A stretch of 64,000 nt of DNA from Bacteroidia bacterium (GTDB lineage: Bacteria; Bacteroidota; Bacteroidia; UBA4408). This document shows positions 38,263 through 48,978 of the stretch, piece after piece (the first letter of the stretch is position 1; each line of letters begins with the position of its first letter). The notes below the pieces were generated by a model, which searched no databases, was not told the DNA's origin, and worked only from the letters and a program-made list of their open reading frames with translations. The stretch spans positions 1,256-65,255 of the forward strand of contig JADLFI010000001.1 in NCBI GenBank assembly GCA_020845635.1, read 5' to 3'. The position numbers were made by a program, and so were the translations under genes.

Positions 38263-39225
38263 TTAATCATAAGCATAGCAGCGTTCTTTTTCATCAAGAC
38301 CATCAGCATCCTTCCTACAAAATCTGTATCCAATTATTATTTCGTGCGAATTAGCTGCGCCATATCTAACCTTTGAGGTTACATAATCAAATGCATAACC
38401 TAATTGAAATTTCTTAACCCTGAACTGAACTAAGGCACATACAGCATCTCTTTTTCTGTAAATAAATCCCCATCTGAAAACATCATTATAATCAATCAAA
38501 AAGCCAACATCTAAACCAATAGGAGCGCCCATTGCATATTTTACATTAATAGATGGTAAGTACGAAAACTCTTTCCTATTACCCGGAATACTTGCACCTG
38601 TTGTAAAGTAATGAGTACGATCCAGAGCACTATTAAAACCATAAACAGCATTTAATTTTCTTTGTAGTGCATATTTCATTGAATATCCTAGGAAAAAGTT
38701 CGGATTATAAAGCATAATACCCGGATTAAGGTCGGGATAAATAATAACTTTTTTTGATGCTCCAATGGCAGGGTCATCGCCTCTGGTTAAGGTTACATTA
38801 TCACGTATAAAGCCATATTGAATTAAACCTGCAAAAACTCCTGTAGATAAATAAAAATCACTCGAAAGAGGCACATGAAAAGAATAATTTAAATTAAAAG
38901 AATTGCGTGTAGTAGGACCTGTCATGTCACGCTCTTGATAAAAGCCCAAAACATTTTTCCTCTTATTGTAAGGGGTTTTATTTTTTAGTACCCCGTGAAC
39001 GCTGAAGAACTGATCAACAGGTGCACCCTCAAAACCCCACCATTGCTTTCGATATCCGACTTTGGATTGAAGACATTTAGTTGAGCCGCCTGCGGCCGGA
39101 TTTACCCCAAAGTAATTAAGTATATATTGAGTATATTGTGATGTTTGCTGTGCTTTAACATGGAAAACGCCCAAAAACAAAAATAATACAAGTGTTATGC
39201 TTATTGTTTTTATGGATAGCCTCAT
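38263..39225 (-). CDS. type IX secretion system membrane protein PorP/SprF
   Basis: QQ.SQY.QY..NYF.VNPA.GG, YRKQW.GFEGAP, GYAFD, SHEIIIGYRF. Confidence 0.92.
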   Translation of the reverse strand: MRLSIKTISITLVLFLFLGVFHVKAQQTSQYTQYILNYFGVNPAAGGSTKCLQSKVGYRKQWWGFEGAPVDQFFSVHGVLKNKTPYNKRKNVLGFYQERDMTGPTTRNSFNLNYSFHVPLSSDFYLSTGVFAGLIQYGFIRDNVTLTRGDDPAIGASKKVIIYPDLNPGIMLYNPNFFLGYSMKYALQRKLNAVYGFNSALDRTHYFTTGASIPGNRKEFSYLPSINVKYAMGAPIGLDVGFLIDYNDVFRWGFIYRKRDAVCALVQFRVKKFQLGYAFDYVTSKVRYGAANSHEIIIGYRFCRKDADGLDEKERCYAYD

Positions 39226-39255
39226 ATTGATTAATTTTTTATTCTTTTCTTGAAC

Positions 39256-40572
39256 TTATCTAATAATTGTAATTCCACCGGTGTATTCATACACTTTATC
39301 TTCTTTAGGGTATTTGAATCTTAAAACGTAGTAATAGGTTGCATCAGGAAGAGAAGCACCATCCCATTCATTACCTGTTTTATAGTCTTTTACATAGTAC
39401 ACCTTATCGCCCCAGCGATTATATACATTCAATTCTACATTTTCGTAATATTCAGTATTGGTAATTATCCAAATATCGTTAATTCCATCACCGTTAGGGG
39501 TAAAAGTGTTAGGTATTTTAATTAAAGGGATTACCCTTACTGTTATTCTGTCTTTACACATACATCCTTCGCTTGTTAAGGTTGTAAAAGTATAGGTGGT
39601 AGTAGTATTGGGATACGCTATAGGCGACAATAATGAAGAGTCACTTAAACTTTCGCTCGGTGACCAGTAAAATTTATTACCAATTCCTTTGGTAGCGTTA
39701 AGTTGTACATTCTGACCAAAAAAAATAGTTACATCAGGGCCGGCCTCACAATCAGTAAGCTCCACAAGACTTCCTTGCATTTGTACTGTTTTTGAGAAAG
39801 TACAGTTGTTATTATCTGTGATAGTTACTGTATATACCCCTTCAAACAAATTATTAAACGTGTTGTTAGAGGTAGGAGAAGAATTATTCACAGAATATTT
39901 ATATGGAGCTGTACCTCCGGTAACACTTGTTATTTTTATTATTCCTAAGGCACCTTTACAAGCAATTGGTGTAACCTCAATTGTAGCATCAGTAATAGGA
40001 GAGGGAGTAGATATAACAATATTATTAATGGTGAAAGGACAACCATTGTTATCTTCAAGAATAACACTATATGTTCCTGCCGGTAAATTGTTGAATACTC
40101 CGGTGGTGTTATTTTGTACTCCCGGGCTTAATATATAGTTGCCTATTGTAACTGATGAGGGTTGATGCGAAACTGTTATTGTGCCTGTATTACCGTTACA
40201 AGAGGTGGGCGTTGTTGCTGCTGAAGCTGAGCTAACACCTCCGGTTACCGAAACTGTTATATTTACGGTAGTATCGCAGGTTCCATCAGAAATGGTAACC
40301 GCATATACACCACCCGACAGGTTAGAGTAAGTATGATTGTTGGGAGGGGCAGAAGGAGGAATAAAAGGTCCGCCCAATAAAGAAAAAGTGTAGTTGCTTG
40401 TTCCGCCTACAACATTGTTAATGCTTATAGTTCCATCTGCATTTAGGCAGGTGGCATCCGTTGAGCTTACGGTAAACTGAAATATATTATTACATTGTGC
40501 CTGAACAGAACTATTCTGAAACACTAATAGTCCTAAAACAATAACTACAAATCTTATGTATGCTTTAAACAT
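39256..40572 (-). CDS. gliding-motility-associated type B CTD protein with SprB-like repeats
   Basis: GGT.PY.YS...F..L..G.Y.V.I.D.N.C repeats; IPNTFTPNGDGINDIW...YNRWG...W.G..LPD.TYYY. Confidence 0.92.
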   Translation of the reverse strand: MFKAYIRFVVIVLGLLVFQNSSVQAQCNNIFQFTVSSTDATCLNADGTISINNVVGGTSNYTFSLLGGPFIPPSAPPNNHTYSNLSGGVYAVTISDGTCDTTVNITVSVTGGVSSASAATTPTSCNGNTGTITVSHQPSSVTIGNYILSPGVQNNTTGVFNNLPAGTYSVILEDNNGCPFTINNIVISTPSPITDATIEVTPIACKGALGIIKITSVTGGTAPYKYSVNNSSPTSNNTFNNLFEGVYTVTITDNNNCTFSKTVQMQGSLVELTDCEAGPDVTIFFGQNVQLNATKGIGNKFYWSPSESLSDSSLLSPIAYPNTTTTYTFTTLTSEGCMCKDRITVRVIPLIKIPNTFTPNGDGINDIWIITNTEYYENVELNVYNRWGDKVYYVKDYKTGNEWDGASLPDATYYYVLRFKYPKEDKVYEYTGGITIIR

Positions 40573-40698
40573 TTACAATTACTTTTTACTTTTATTTTTT
40601 GAATATAACAACAAACTTAATTGTTTTTTTGTGAACTCGAATCTTTTTTGTAAACTTATTTAAGGGCTTAAATATAAAAATAAAGATTTAATAATCTT

Positions 40699-42570
40699 TT
40701 ATTTTGATTTATGATCTAAGCTTTCATAAATTGAATTATTACTGACGTACTCTGAAACAATTGCTTTTAATTGCTGAACTATTTTCATATTATCTTGGTT
40801 TTGATATAGATTTATTAATTTAATAATTTCAGGGTTAACCTTTTCATAATTCTGGGCATTTATTTTAGCAATCATAATTTGTTTATTATGTGTTGGTAGG
40901 GTATTTTCCGAATTATTCAACAATTCTTCATATAGTTTTTCTCCCGGGCGCAACCCGGTGTACACTATTTCTATATCTTTTCCTAAAGTTAAGCCGCTTA
41001 AACGTACCATTTTTATGGCCAAATCTTTAATTTTAACCGATTCACCCATATCGAAAATATATATTTCGCCACCATTGCCCATACATCCGGCCTCGAGCAC
41101 CAACTGACATGCTTCGGGAATGGTCATAAAATAGCGTGTTATGTCGGGGTGAGTTATGGTTATTGGGCCTCCATACTCTATTTGTCTTTTAAATAAAGGA
41201 ATAACCGAGCCATTTGAGCCTAACACATTTCCAAATCGGGTTATAATAAATTTTGTACTTCCAGTTTGACTTAATGCCTGGGTGTAAATCTCTGCGGCTC
41301 TTTTTGATGCTCCCATAACACTGGTTGGATTTACTGCTTTATCGGTTGATACCAGCACAAATTTTTCTACCTTATGTTTTACGGCAAGGTCTGCTACAAT
41401 CTTAGTTCCACCTACATTAGTATAAATAGCCTCTGAGGGATTCATTTCCATAAGTGGAACATGCTTATATGCTGCGGCATGATATACAATTTGTGGTTTA
41501 AAATGTTGAAAAACATTTTCCATGCGTGTTAGGTTAGTAATGTCGGCAATTACTTCTTCAAATGATGTTTTTTTAAATTCATTCAATTCATTAACCAAAT
41601 CATATATGGCACTTTCGGCCTGGTCAAGTAAAATTATTTTTTGGGGACTGAAATTAATTATTTGTCTTACCAATTCGCTGCCTATTGAACCTGCTGCACC
41701 TGTTACTAAAACTATTTTATTTTTTAACTGGGTCAATATTTTTTCTTTATCCAAAACTATCTCATCGCGCTCTAATAATTCTTCTATACGTATTTTTTTG
41801 ATTTGCTTAAAACTCAATTGCCCGTTTATCCAGTTGGCTATTGGGGGCACATTTAGTACTCGGGTGTTGTATTTTAAACATTTTTCAACCAATATTTGTT
41901 TCTTTGATGCCGGAATATGAACAGAAGAAATGATAATAAAAGTGATATCCATATTCTCTAATAAAGAATCCAACTCATCAGTATGATATATTTTTACCCC
42001 TTCAATTTTTTTACCTTTCTTTTTCCGGTTATCATCAATAAATGCTACAACTTTATATTTAGTTCCTGCATCTTTATCAAGTGTTCTTAAAGTAATTACT
42101 CCGGCCTCACCGGCTCCATAAACTATCACTTTGGTTTTGGCTCTACTCGGATTTTTTAATTCATAATACAATACCTTAACCAAGGTGCGCGATGCTATTA
42201 AAAAGAAAATTGAAGTAATAAAATCAAGTATGATAATAGAGGTAGGTATAATAAACTTAGCTTTAGTTAAATATGAAATGACATCAATAAATACAAAAAC
42301 TAAAGAACCTAGGGTAATAACCGTAAAAATCTTTTGTGCATCTTTTAAACTGGTGTACCTTATTATACCTGAATAGGTTTTTCCTATAAAAAAACTGATA
42401 CTTCTTACGGCTATGATTACACTAATTACAATTGGCATATCAGCCAAATCAACAGCCGGAATATTAAAATTAAATCTTAGTAAATAGGATAAGAAAATGG
42501 AGAAAAAGCAAATTGTTATGTCCAGAACAAAAACAATCCATCTTGGTGTATTTTTTTTAGGAATAATCAT
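40699..42570 (-). CDS. nucleoside-diphosphate sugar epimerase/dehydratase (CapD/PglF/WbpM family)
   Basis: N-terminal TMs, YGAGEAG, GAAGSIGSEL, HAAAYKHVPLME, STDKAVNP, RFGNVLGSNGSV. Confidence 0.93.
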   Translation of the reverse strand: MIIPKKNTPRWIVFVLDITICFFSIFLSYLLRFNFNIPAVDLADMPIVISVIIAVRSISFFIGKTYSGIIRYTSLKDAQKIFTVITLGSLVFVFIDVISYLTKAKFIIPTSIIILDFITSIFFLIASRTLVKVLYYELKNPSRAKTKVIVYGAGEAGVITLRTLDKDAGTKYKVVAFIDDNRKKKGKKIEGVKIYHTDELDSLLENMDITFIIISSVHIPASKKQILVEKCLKYNTRVLNVPPIANWINGQLSFKQIKKIRIEELLERDEIVLDKEKILTQLKNKIVLVTGAAGSIGSELVRQIINFSPQKIILLDQAESAIYDLVNELNEFKKTSFEEVIADITNLTRMENVFQHFKPQIVYHAAAYKHVPLMEMNPSEAIYTNVGGTKIVADLAVKHKVEKFVLVSTDKAVNPTSVMGASKRAAEIYTQALSQTGSTKFIITRFGNVLGSNGSVIPLFKRQIEYGGPITITHPDITRYFMTIPEACQLVLEAGCMGNGGEIYIFDMGESVKIKDLAIKMVRLSGLTLGKDIEIVYTGLRPGEKLYEELLNNSENTLPTHNKQIMIAKINAQNYEKVNPEIIKLINLYQNQDNMKIVQQLKAIVSEYVSNNSIYESLDHKSK

Positions 42571-42580
42571 TATTGCTTTA

Positions 42581-43423
42581 TTATATATTAAAGAGTTGCA
42601 TCAATTGTTTCATATCTTTTACCTTTTGCTTGGCCCCAAACTTATCAAATGAAAATATCAAATTGTTTACCATTCTTTTTATTATTTCTACATGGCTGCA
42701 TGGATAAAAATAATTATCGTTGGGTGCAAGTTTTAAGTGATTTAAGTAGGTTGTTATTTCAGCACGATTAAAGATGACCCCACGACTAAATGCGTTAATA
42801 TAAAAAAGTACCTCATTATTATCTTCAGAAACAAATGCCAATACAAAATGTTGTGGTAAATTTACACCATAAACAGGAACATTTAATTGACGGGCTACTA
42901 ACATATATAATAGTGATATAGAAAGTGGGTTTCCTTTTTTGGATTCCATAACTATATTTATAAAAGAATTGTTGGGATTATGAAAATCAGAATTATTTCC
43001 CGAAAAACCATGAACCTCAAACAAAATATGATTAAAAATTTTAACTTGCTCCAAGGCCGTTAAATGCGGAGTAAGTTCAATCCAAACATCTTGTACCAGT
43101 TGCTCAATATATTTATTGATTTTGTTTTCGTTTAAGTCAGGAAACTGATATTTGGAAATAATAAGCGCACCTTCTAATAGATTTTTTCCACCAGATTCAA
43201 TCCAACTCTTTAATTTACTTTGTGTTTGTTGAAATTGGATCTTTTGAATGAGGTTTTCAATCCTCTGCTGTTGCAGAATACTTTTACTATTCTCCCAAGC
43301 ATTCTCCAAATCTACAATAGTGTTTACACCTTCTGCCAATATTTTCTCATTAACTTGTCTGAAAATACTTTCATCAGGGTCATCCAATAAGCTAATAAGA
43401 GCATTTAACTCGTTGTTGTTCAT
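42581..43423 (-). CDS. SirB1/transglutaminase-like (Transglut_core2) protein
   Basis: KKGNPLSISLLY...YGVNLPQHF...YINAFSRG. Confidence 0.85.
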   Translation of the reverse strand: MNNNELNALISLLDDPDESIFRQVNEKILAEGVNTIVDLENAWENSKSILQQQRIENLIQKIQFQQTQSKLKSWIESGGKNLLEGALIISKYQFPDLNENKINKYIEQLVQDVWIELTPHLTALEQVKIFNHILFEVHGFSGNNSDFHNPNNSFINIVMESKKGNPLSISLLYMLVARQLNVPVYGVNLPQHFVLAFVSEDNNEVLFYINAFSRGVIFNRAEITTYLNHLKLAPNDNYFYPCSHVEIIKRMVNNLIFSFDKFGAKQKVKDMKQLMQLFNI

Positions 43424-43486
43424 TCTGTAATATTTTTTAATAAAATATTAAGTATATTTTATTAGGTAAATATCTAAGAAAAACAG

Positions 43487-44362
43487 CTATGAAATGCTTA
43501 ACCTCTGTAATATTATTTTAACTAACTTATCAACAGTAATTTTATAATCCTTACTGTACTCCTTTTTTATTCTGTTAGCTATAATAGCACAAGCCGTAAT
43601 GGCCTCATGTCCAAGTAACTTACTCAGTCCAAGCAAGGCCGAGGTTTCCATTTCAAAATTTGTAATTTGTTTGTCTTTGTATTTAAAGCAGGTAAGTTTT
43701 TCGTTTAAATCACTTATGGCAGTGTTTAGCCTTAACTTTCTACCTTGCGGACCATAGAACCCACAGGCAGTTGCTGTAATTCCTGTATTCATCCCTTCTT
43801 TTAAAAGATTAAATAAAGTAATACTACTTTTAACCAAATAGGGATGATTTAGAGGGCTTTGCCATTGTGTTTGTTGAATAAACTCTTGCAATAATACTTC
43901 TTCTTCAGTAAAATTATGTTTGTAAAAATGCAACAAACCATCCATGCCTAAGCCGTACTCCGAGAGAACAAAGGAGTCAACATCAATATTAGCCTGCAAA
44001 GCACCTGAGGTGCCAATTCTAATTAATCTTAAGGCAGTATGTTCAGGCTTAGGAGTTCTGTTGATTAAATCAATATTAACCAAAGCATCTAATTCATTAA
44101 TTACAATATCTATATTATCGGTACCAATACCTGTACTTACCACACTAAAACGAGTTTTGTTATAATAACCGGTATGAGTAACAAATTCTCGGTTGCTTAC
44201 TTTATGTTCTATTTTATCAAAATTTCCCGAGACCATTTCAACACGACCCGGATCGCCCACTAAAATAACGGTATGCGCCAACTGTTCGGGCAATAAATGT
44301 AAATGAAATATGCTTCCATCGGGATTTATTATTAATTCAGAATCTGGAATTTTGTTTGCCAT
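43487..44362 (-). CDS. nucleoside (uridine) phosphorylase family protein
   Basis: LVGDPGRV, STGIGTDN, RIGTSG, GFYGPQGR, NFEMET. Confidence 0.92.
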   Translation of the reverse strand: MANKIPDSELIINPDGSIFHLHLLPEQLAHTVILVGDPGRVEMVSGNFDKIEHKVSNREFVTHTGYYNKTRFSVVSTGIGTDNIDIVINELDALVNIDLINRTPKPEHTALRLIRIGTSGALQANIDVDSFVLSEYGLGMDGLLHFYKHNFTEEEVLLQEFIQQTQWQSPLNHPYLVKSSITLFNLLKEGMNTGITATACGFYGPQGRKLRLNTAISDLNEKLTCFKYKDKQITNFEMETSALLGLSKLLGHEAITACAIIANRIKKEYSKDYKITVDKLVKIILQRLSIS

Positions 44363-44434
44363 ATAGATATTTATTTATATTTTGTTTTGTTTCTGATTTA
44401 TATCTAAGATATTTGCCAAAAATATTCATTTTTT

Positions 44435-45283
44435 ATGATTAACCCTAATTTTAGAATATTAGTTTCACTTGATTTAACTGAGCAGTCAATACATGCTGTT
44501 AATTACGCTTGTGTTTTATCTAATCAACTTGGGGCATCGGTTTATTTTTTATATGTTGTTGAAAATGAAAAAGCACCTTTGGAACAGGAGAATAGTAAAT
44601 CAACTGAATATATCAACAAGGTGCTCTCAAAATTAAAACCCTTCTTAGAACATTGCAATAATGCCAAGCATTTTAAACCTTCTAATATTTTTGTAGAGTA
44701 TGGCAAAGTATATGAGCAAATTACCTTAAAAATCAATGAAGTTAAAGCTAATTTATTGATTATGGGCTGTAATAGCACTGATAATAGCAAAAATCGTTTC
44801 TTAGGTTCAAACACCCTAAGAATTATGCGAAGCAGCGAAGTGCCTGTAATTACCTGTAATGCATATAGTCGCTTGCAACAGTTTAATAGAATAGTTTTAC
44901 CGGTTGATTTAACCAAAAATTCTAATTCTAAACTACAAAAAGCAATTTCATTTATTAAATTAAATCCAGATATTATATTAAGTATAATATCTGTGGTGTT
45001 TGATGCCGATGAGTTTTTAATTAATCGTTTAGGTCAACAAATGGTTAGTATTAAAAATATTTTAGAGAAAAATAATATTAAATTTACTGCCGAAATTATT
45101 AAAGCCTCATTAGGCTACGAGTCGTTGGGAGAAATATTAACTGATTATGCCCGTAAAGTTGAAGGAGATACTATCATGTTAATATCGCAACAAGAAATAA
45201 GCAATACCCCATATTTTGTAAGTTCATTGGCTCAAGAAATTATTAATATTTCTGAAGTTCCGGTAATGACTTTTGTACCTTAA
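44435..45283 (+). CDS. universal stress protein (tandem UspA domains)
   Basis: ILVSLDLTEQS, LIMG...FLGSNTLRIMRSSEVPV, second domain VLPVDL...EVPVM. Confidence 0.85.
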   Translation: MINPNFRILVSLDLTEQSIHAVNYACVLSNQLGASVYFLYVVENEKAPLEQENSKSTEYINKVLSKLKPFLEHCNNAKHFKPSNIFVEYGKVYEQITLKINEVKANLLIMGCNSTDNSKNRFLGSNTLRIMRSSEVPVITCNAYSRLQQFNRIVLPVDLTKNSNSKLQKAISFIKLNPDIILSIISVVFDADEFLINRLGQQMVSIKNILEKNNIKFTAEIIKASLGYESLGEILTDYARKVEGDTIMLISQQEISNTPYFVSSLAQEIINISEVPVMTFVP

Positions 45284-45301
45284 AAATATCTTTTCTTGTT
45301 C

Positions 45302-45333
45302 TGCTTAATATGAATAATTCTTCATATTAAGCA
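45302..45333. terminator. 13-bp perfect inverted repeat (terminator or operator)
   Basis: TGCTTAATATGAA-taattc-TTCATATTAAGCA, 18 nt after the usp stop. Confidence 0.5.
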
Positions 45334-45482
45334 TTCTAAACAAGTAGGAATAGATGTATAGAAAAATGTGTCTTTTAAAATATGTATTATTTCCTAATTA
45401 ACAAACTGCGGTTTATAACTTAATAACAGTATTTTACACATATACCAAATATAGTAATAATATTGTTCTTAAAATTAAAACT

Positions 45483-46043
45483 ATGGTTATGAAACATTTT
45501 TCATCATTAATTATTTTTGTTTTAACCTTATTGTGTGTAACAAAAACTCAAGCCCAAAAATCTAAAGAAGAGAGTGCTAGTGATGATTTTCTTGTCATTC
45601 AAGGAATAGTGGTGGATAATGAAACAAGATTGCAAGGAGTTACCATTAGATTGTTTAAAGGAAACTCAAAAATTGACTCTGTTTATACCGGGAAAAACGG
45701 GGCCTTTCAGTTTAATTTAGGAAAAGATTATTTATATGCTATTGAATATAGTAGAGTAGGATATGAAAACACTTGCGTACTTATAAATACAAATCGTTGG
45801 GATGTTGATGCTCAAGATGAGGATAACGGCTACCAAATAGATTTTGAAGTTGAACTTATTCCTGAAATTAGTAATAAGAACACTATGGGTTTATCCCCTG
45901 AAGATATAGATATACTTGACTTTCCGAAAGTATTAATTGGATATAAATCGGGCGAAGATGAAGGTTTCTATAGTGATAAGAAGTATGTTAAGTCCGTAAA
46001 AGAATCATTGAAAAAAATAAAAACCGCTTCCAAGAAAAAATAA
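45483..46043 (+). CDS. secreted protein with carboxypeptidase-regulatory-like beta-sandwich
   Basis: Signal peptide; IQG.V.D...RL.GV.I......TG.NG.F.F.L pattern. Confidence 0.65.
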   Translation: MVMKHFSSLIIFVLTLLCVTKTQAQKSKEESASDDFLVIQGIVVDNETRLQGVTIRLFKGNSKIDSVYTGKNGAFQFNLGKDYLYAIEYSRVGYENTCVLINTNRWDVDAQDEDNGYQIDFEVELIPEISNKNTMGLSPEDIDILDFPKVLIGYKSGEDEGFYSDKKYVKSVKESLKKIKTASKKK

Positions 46044-46094
46044 TTTTTTTACTTCATTTTCTTTTTAACTTTGCTTTAGGGTAAATTAATCCAT

Positions 46095-48407
46095 ATGATT
46101 AACCATAAAGTAAATCTAAAATACATATATAATATATTAATTGTATTATTATTATTTTGCTTTATTAAAGGGTATTCTCAACAAAATTATACACTGTATA
46201 ATATGAATAGTATTAGTCAGAGTATTTATTGTAACCCTTCAGTTTTTCCAATCAATACCATTAATGTAGGACTACCCTTATTATCATCTAATTACTTAAG
46301 TTTTTCTAACTCTGCATTTAGTTATAACGACTTTATTTATAAACGTAATGATGACTCATTGGTTTTTGATATGAATAAGGCCATTGGAAAAATGAAAGAT
46401 AGCAACTATTTGTTAGCACAAGGGCAAGTTGATTTGCTATCGGTTGGATTTATTATTAAAAAAAACTATTTTAATATTTCCATTATTGACAAGTATAGTG
46501 GTATATTAAATTATTCAAGGAACGTTTTTGATTTTTTTTGGAATGGTAATGGATCTGACATAGGCGAGACTATCAACCTCAATTTAGGATTGCAATATAG
46601 CCACTACAGAGAGTATGGAGTAAACTATGTACGCAAAATAACCCCAAATTTAACTGCCGGGGTTAAACTTAAGTTTTTACAAGGATTCGAAAACATTAAT
46701 ACGCAAAGTTCAGATTTTGCATTATATACCGATCCTAACGATTATTCCCTTTTTATCCAAAGCAATATTTTAATTAATAGTTCCGGGGTACTAAAAAACA
46801 CTTTAGATGATTATCGTTTTACAAAGTCAGCTTTACGCTTTGAAAATACAGGTACTGCTTTTGATTTTGGAGCACGCTATAAGTTTAATAATAAAATTGA
46901 GGCAAACTTTTCGTTGATTGATTTTGGCAGAATAGATTGGAAGGAAAACACTAAGAATTATGTTACTTCTAATACCGGTGGTAAATATAAATATTCAGGG
47001 CTTTATATTGCTGATGTGTTAAATGATACTACCTCCATCAATAAGGCCTTTAACATGGTTCTCGATTCGGCTTATGCTTCACTAAAAATTGATACAACTT
47101 ATAACTCCTATAGTACAAAACTTAATAAACAAATATTCATTGGAGGTACTTATCATTTTAATGAGGACTATCAGGCCGGATTATTAATTCATAATACATT
47201 TATAGAAGGAAAGTCAAGGATGGGTTTCAGTGCTTCGGTGGGTGGTCGTTTAGGCAATTGGGTGCATTTAGGCCTAAGTTATTCAATATTTAATAAAACA
47301 TATACTAATATCGGGTGCGGGATATCGCTTAATAGCCCAGGGGGAACCCAATTTTATTTGGTTACCGACAACCTGAACGCATATATTTTACCACAAAAAA
47401 CTAAATCTGTAAATATACGTTTTGGTATGAACCTACGGTTTGGAAAAGATCCTTACTCTGATGATGCTGATGGAGATGGTATTCCTGATATTGATGACAA
47501 CTGTCCGGATGTTAGAGGTTCATTGTTTATGAAAGGCTGCCCTGATAGAGATAATGACGGAATAGCCGATTTTGAAGATTTATGCCCTGACGAGTATGGA
47601 TTACAAAAGCATCAAGGCTGCCCAGATAGAGATAATGACGGAGTAATTGATAAATTTGATTTATGCCCCGATGAGCCTGGCCAAGCGCGCTTAAAAGGCT
47701 GCCCTGACAGAGATAATGATGGTGTAATAGATAAAGAAGATGAGTGCCCTGATGAACCTGGTTCTGCTGAAACTAAAGGCTGTCCTGATTCTGATGGTGA
47801 CGGGATAATTGACCGATTAGATAAATGCCCTGACTTATTTGGCACACCCGAAAATAATGGTTGCCCTACCGACACTGATGGTGATGGAGTGCCTGATATT
47901 GACGATATGTGCCCTACCGTTCCGGGATTAAAAGAAAACAAAGGTTGCCCAGATATTGATACCGATAGAGATGGCTTGTTAGATAAAGAAGATGAATGTC
48001 CGCTTACTCCGGGTACTGCAGCAAATAAAGGTTGCCCAATACCTACCGAAAATGAATTGAAAATAGTCAAGGCTGCTTCAGATTCTATAAAGTTTGAACT
48101 CGGAAGTACCGAAGTTAAAAGCGTTTCGTACATACATCTAGATAAGCTGTACAAAATGCTAGAATCAAACCCAACAATGATTCTTAAAATAGCTGTTTAT
48201 ACCGATAATTCTTATAGCGATTCAGAAGCATTAATTTTAACCAAAGACAGAGCAAATGTATTGCAAAGTTATTTTGTGAAAAAAAGGATAGATAAGGATA
48301 GATTAAAAATGACTCCGGAAGGCGCTCAACATAACATTGCTGATAGTAATACCAAAGAAGGAAAGGATTTGAATAATAGAATAGTGATAAATATAACTTA
48401 CCAATAA
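46095..48407 (+). CDS. DUF5723-type beta-barrel with 7 thrombospondin type 3 repeats and an OmpA-like C-terminal domain
   Basis: Seven D.D.DG(I/V/L).D..D.CP repeats; C-terminal I.FE.GS...YTDN...NRIVI. Confidence 0.8.
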   Translation: MINHKVNLKYIYNILIVLLLFCFIKGYSQQNYTLYNMNSISQSIYCNPSVFPINTINVGLPLLSSNYLSFSNSAFSYNDFIYKRNDDSLVFDMNKAIGKMKDSNYLLAQGQVDLLSVGFIIKKNYFNISIIDKYSGILNYSRNVFDFFWNGNGSDIGETINLNLGLQYSHYREYGVNYVRKITPNLTAGVKLKFLQGFENINTQSSDFALYTDPNDYSLFIQSNILINSSGVLKNTLDDYRFTKSALRFENTGTAFDFGARYKFNNKIEANFSLIDFGRIDWKENTKNYVTSNTGGKYKYSGLYIADVLNDTTSINKAFNMVLDSAYASLKIDTTYNSYSTKLNKQIFIGGTYHFNEDYQAGLLIHNTFIEGKSRMGFSASVGGRLGNWVHLGLSYSIFNKTYTNIGCGISLNSPGGTQFYLVTDNLNAYILPQKTKSVNIRFGMNLRFGKDPYSDDADGDGIPDIDDNCPDVRGSLFMKGCPDRDNDGIADFEDLCPDEYGLQKHQGCPDRDNDGVIDKFDLCPDEPGQARLKGCPDRDNDGVIDKEDECPDEPGSAETKGCPDSDGDGIIDRLDKCPDLFGTPENNGCPTDTDGDGVPDIDDMCPTVPGLKENKGCPDIDTDRDGLLDKEDECPLTPGTAANKGCPIPTENELKIVKAASDSIKFELGSTEVKSVSYIHLDKLYKMLESNPTMILKIAVYTDNSYSDSEALILTKDRANVLQSYFVKKRIDKDRLKMTPEGAQHNIADSNTKEGKDLNNRIVINITYQ
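47461..48040 (+). repeat. TSP3 coding repeats
   Basis: AAGGCTGCCC(T/A)GA(T/C)AGAGATAATGA at about 47533, 47614 and 47695 (81-nt period). Confidence 0.85.
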
Positions 48408-48471
48408 TGATTCAATTTGTTATCTTGGCTTAGTTTTTGCTTAGAAATTATATAAATGATTTTATTTTGAC

Positions 48472-48858
48472 ATGAAAAGGCTTTTATTATCCATTGTTTT
48501 TATAGCAAGCATTAGCTTTTTTGTTTTTGCTGATATTTTCTCTGATATCAATTCCTCTATGAAAGATGGAAATTTTAAACTTATTGCTTCCTATTTTAAT
48601 ACCTCTATAGAACTGAATATACCGGGGGCTGATGGTTTGTATAGTAAAGCACAAGCCGAACTTTTAATGAAAGATTTTTTTACCAGAAATACACCACGAA
48701 AATTTGTTATTAAACATAATGGCGATTCTCAAGATGGTTCTAAATATTTTATCGGAATTTTAGAAACCGGCAGTGGGAATTTTAGGACTTATTATTATGT
48801 GAAGAATAATAATGGAAACTATCTCATCAAAGAGCTTAGAATTGAGCGAGATAGATAG
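48472..48858 (+). CDS. DUF4783 domain protein
   Basis: Signal peptide; YSKAQAELLMKDFF....P..F...H.G. Confidence 0.8.
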   Translation: MKRLLLSIVFIASISFFVFADIFSDINSSMKDGNFKLIASYFNTSIELNIPGADGLYSKAQAELLMKDFFTRNTPRKFVIKHNGDSQDGSKYFIGILETGSGNFRTYYYVKNNNGNYLIKELRIERDR

Positions 48859-48978
48859 AACAAATAAGACTTTAAGCATTTTATCCTCTTAAAACTTAAT
48901 GGTGTTATAAATATTCTTTTTATCAAAGGTATTTTTGGTAACATTGCAGTAATAATAATAGAAAAACAAATAAACTGT

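Noticed and set aside
47612-48154. 180-aa antisense repeat ORF
   Set aside because: It is the shadow of the TSP3 repeats. The other short ORFs nested in or antisense to called genes were rejected for the same reason.
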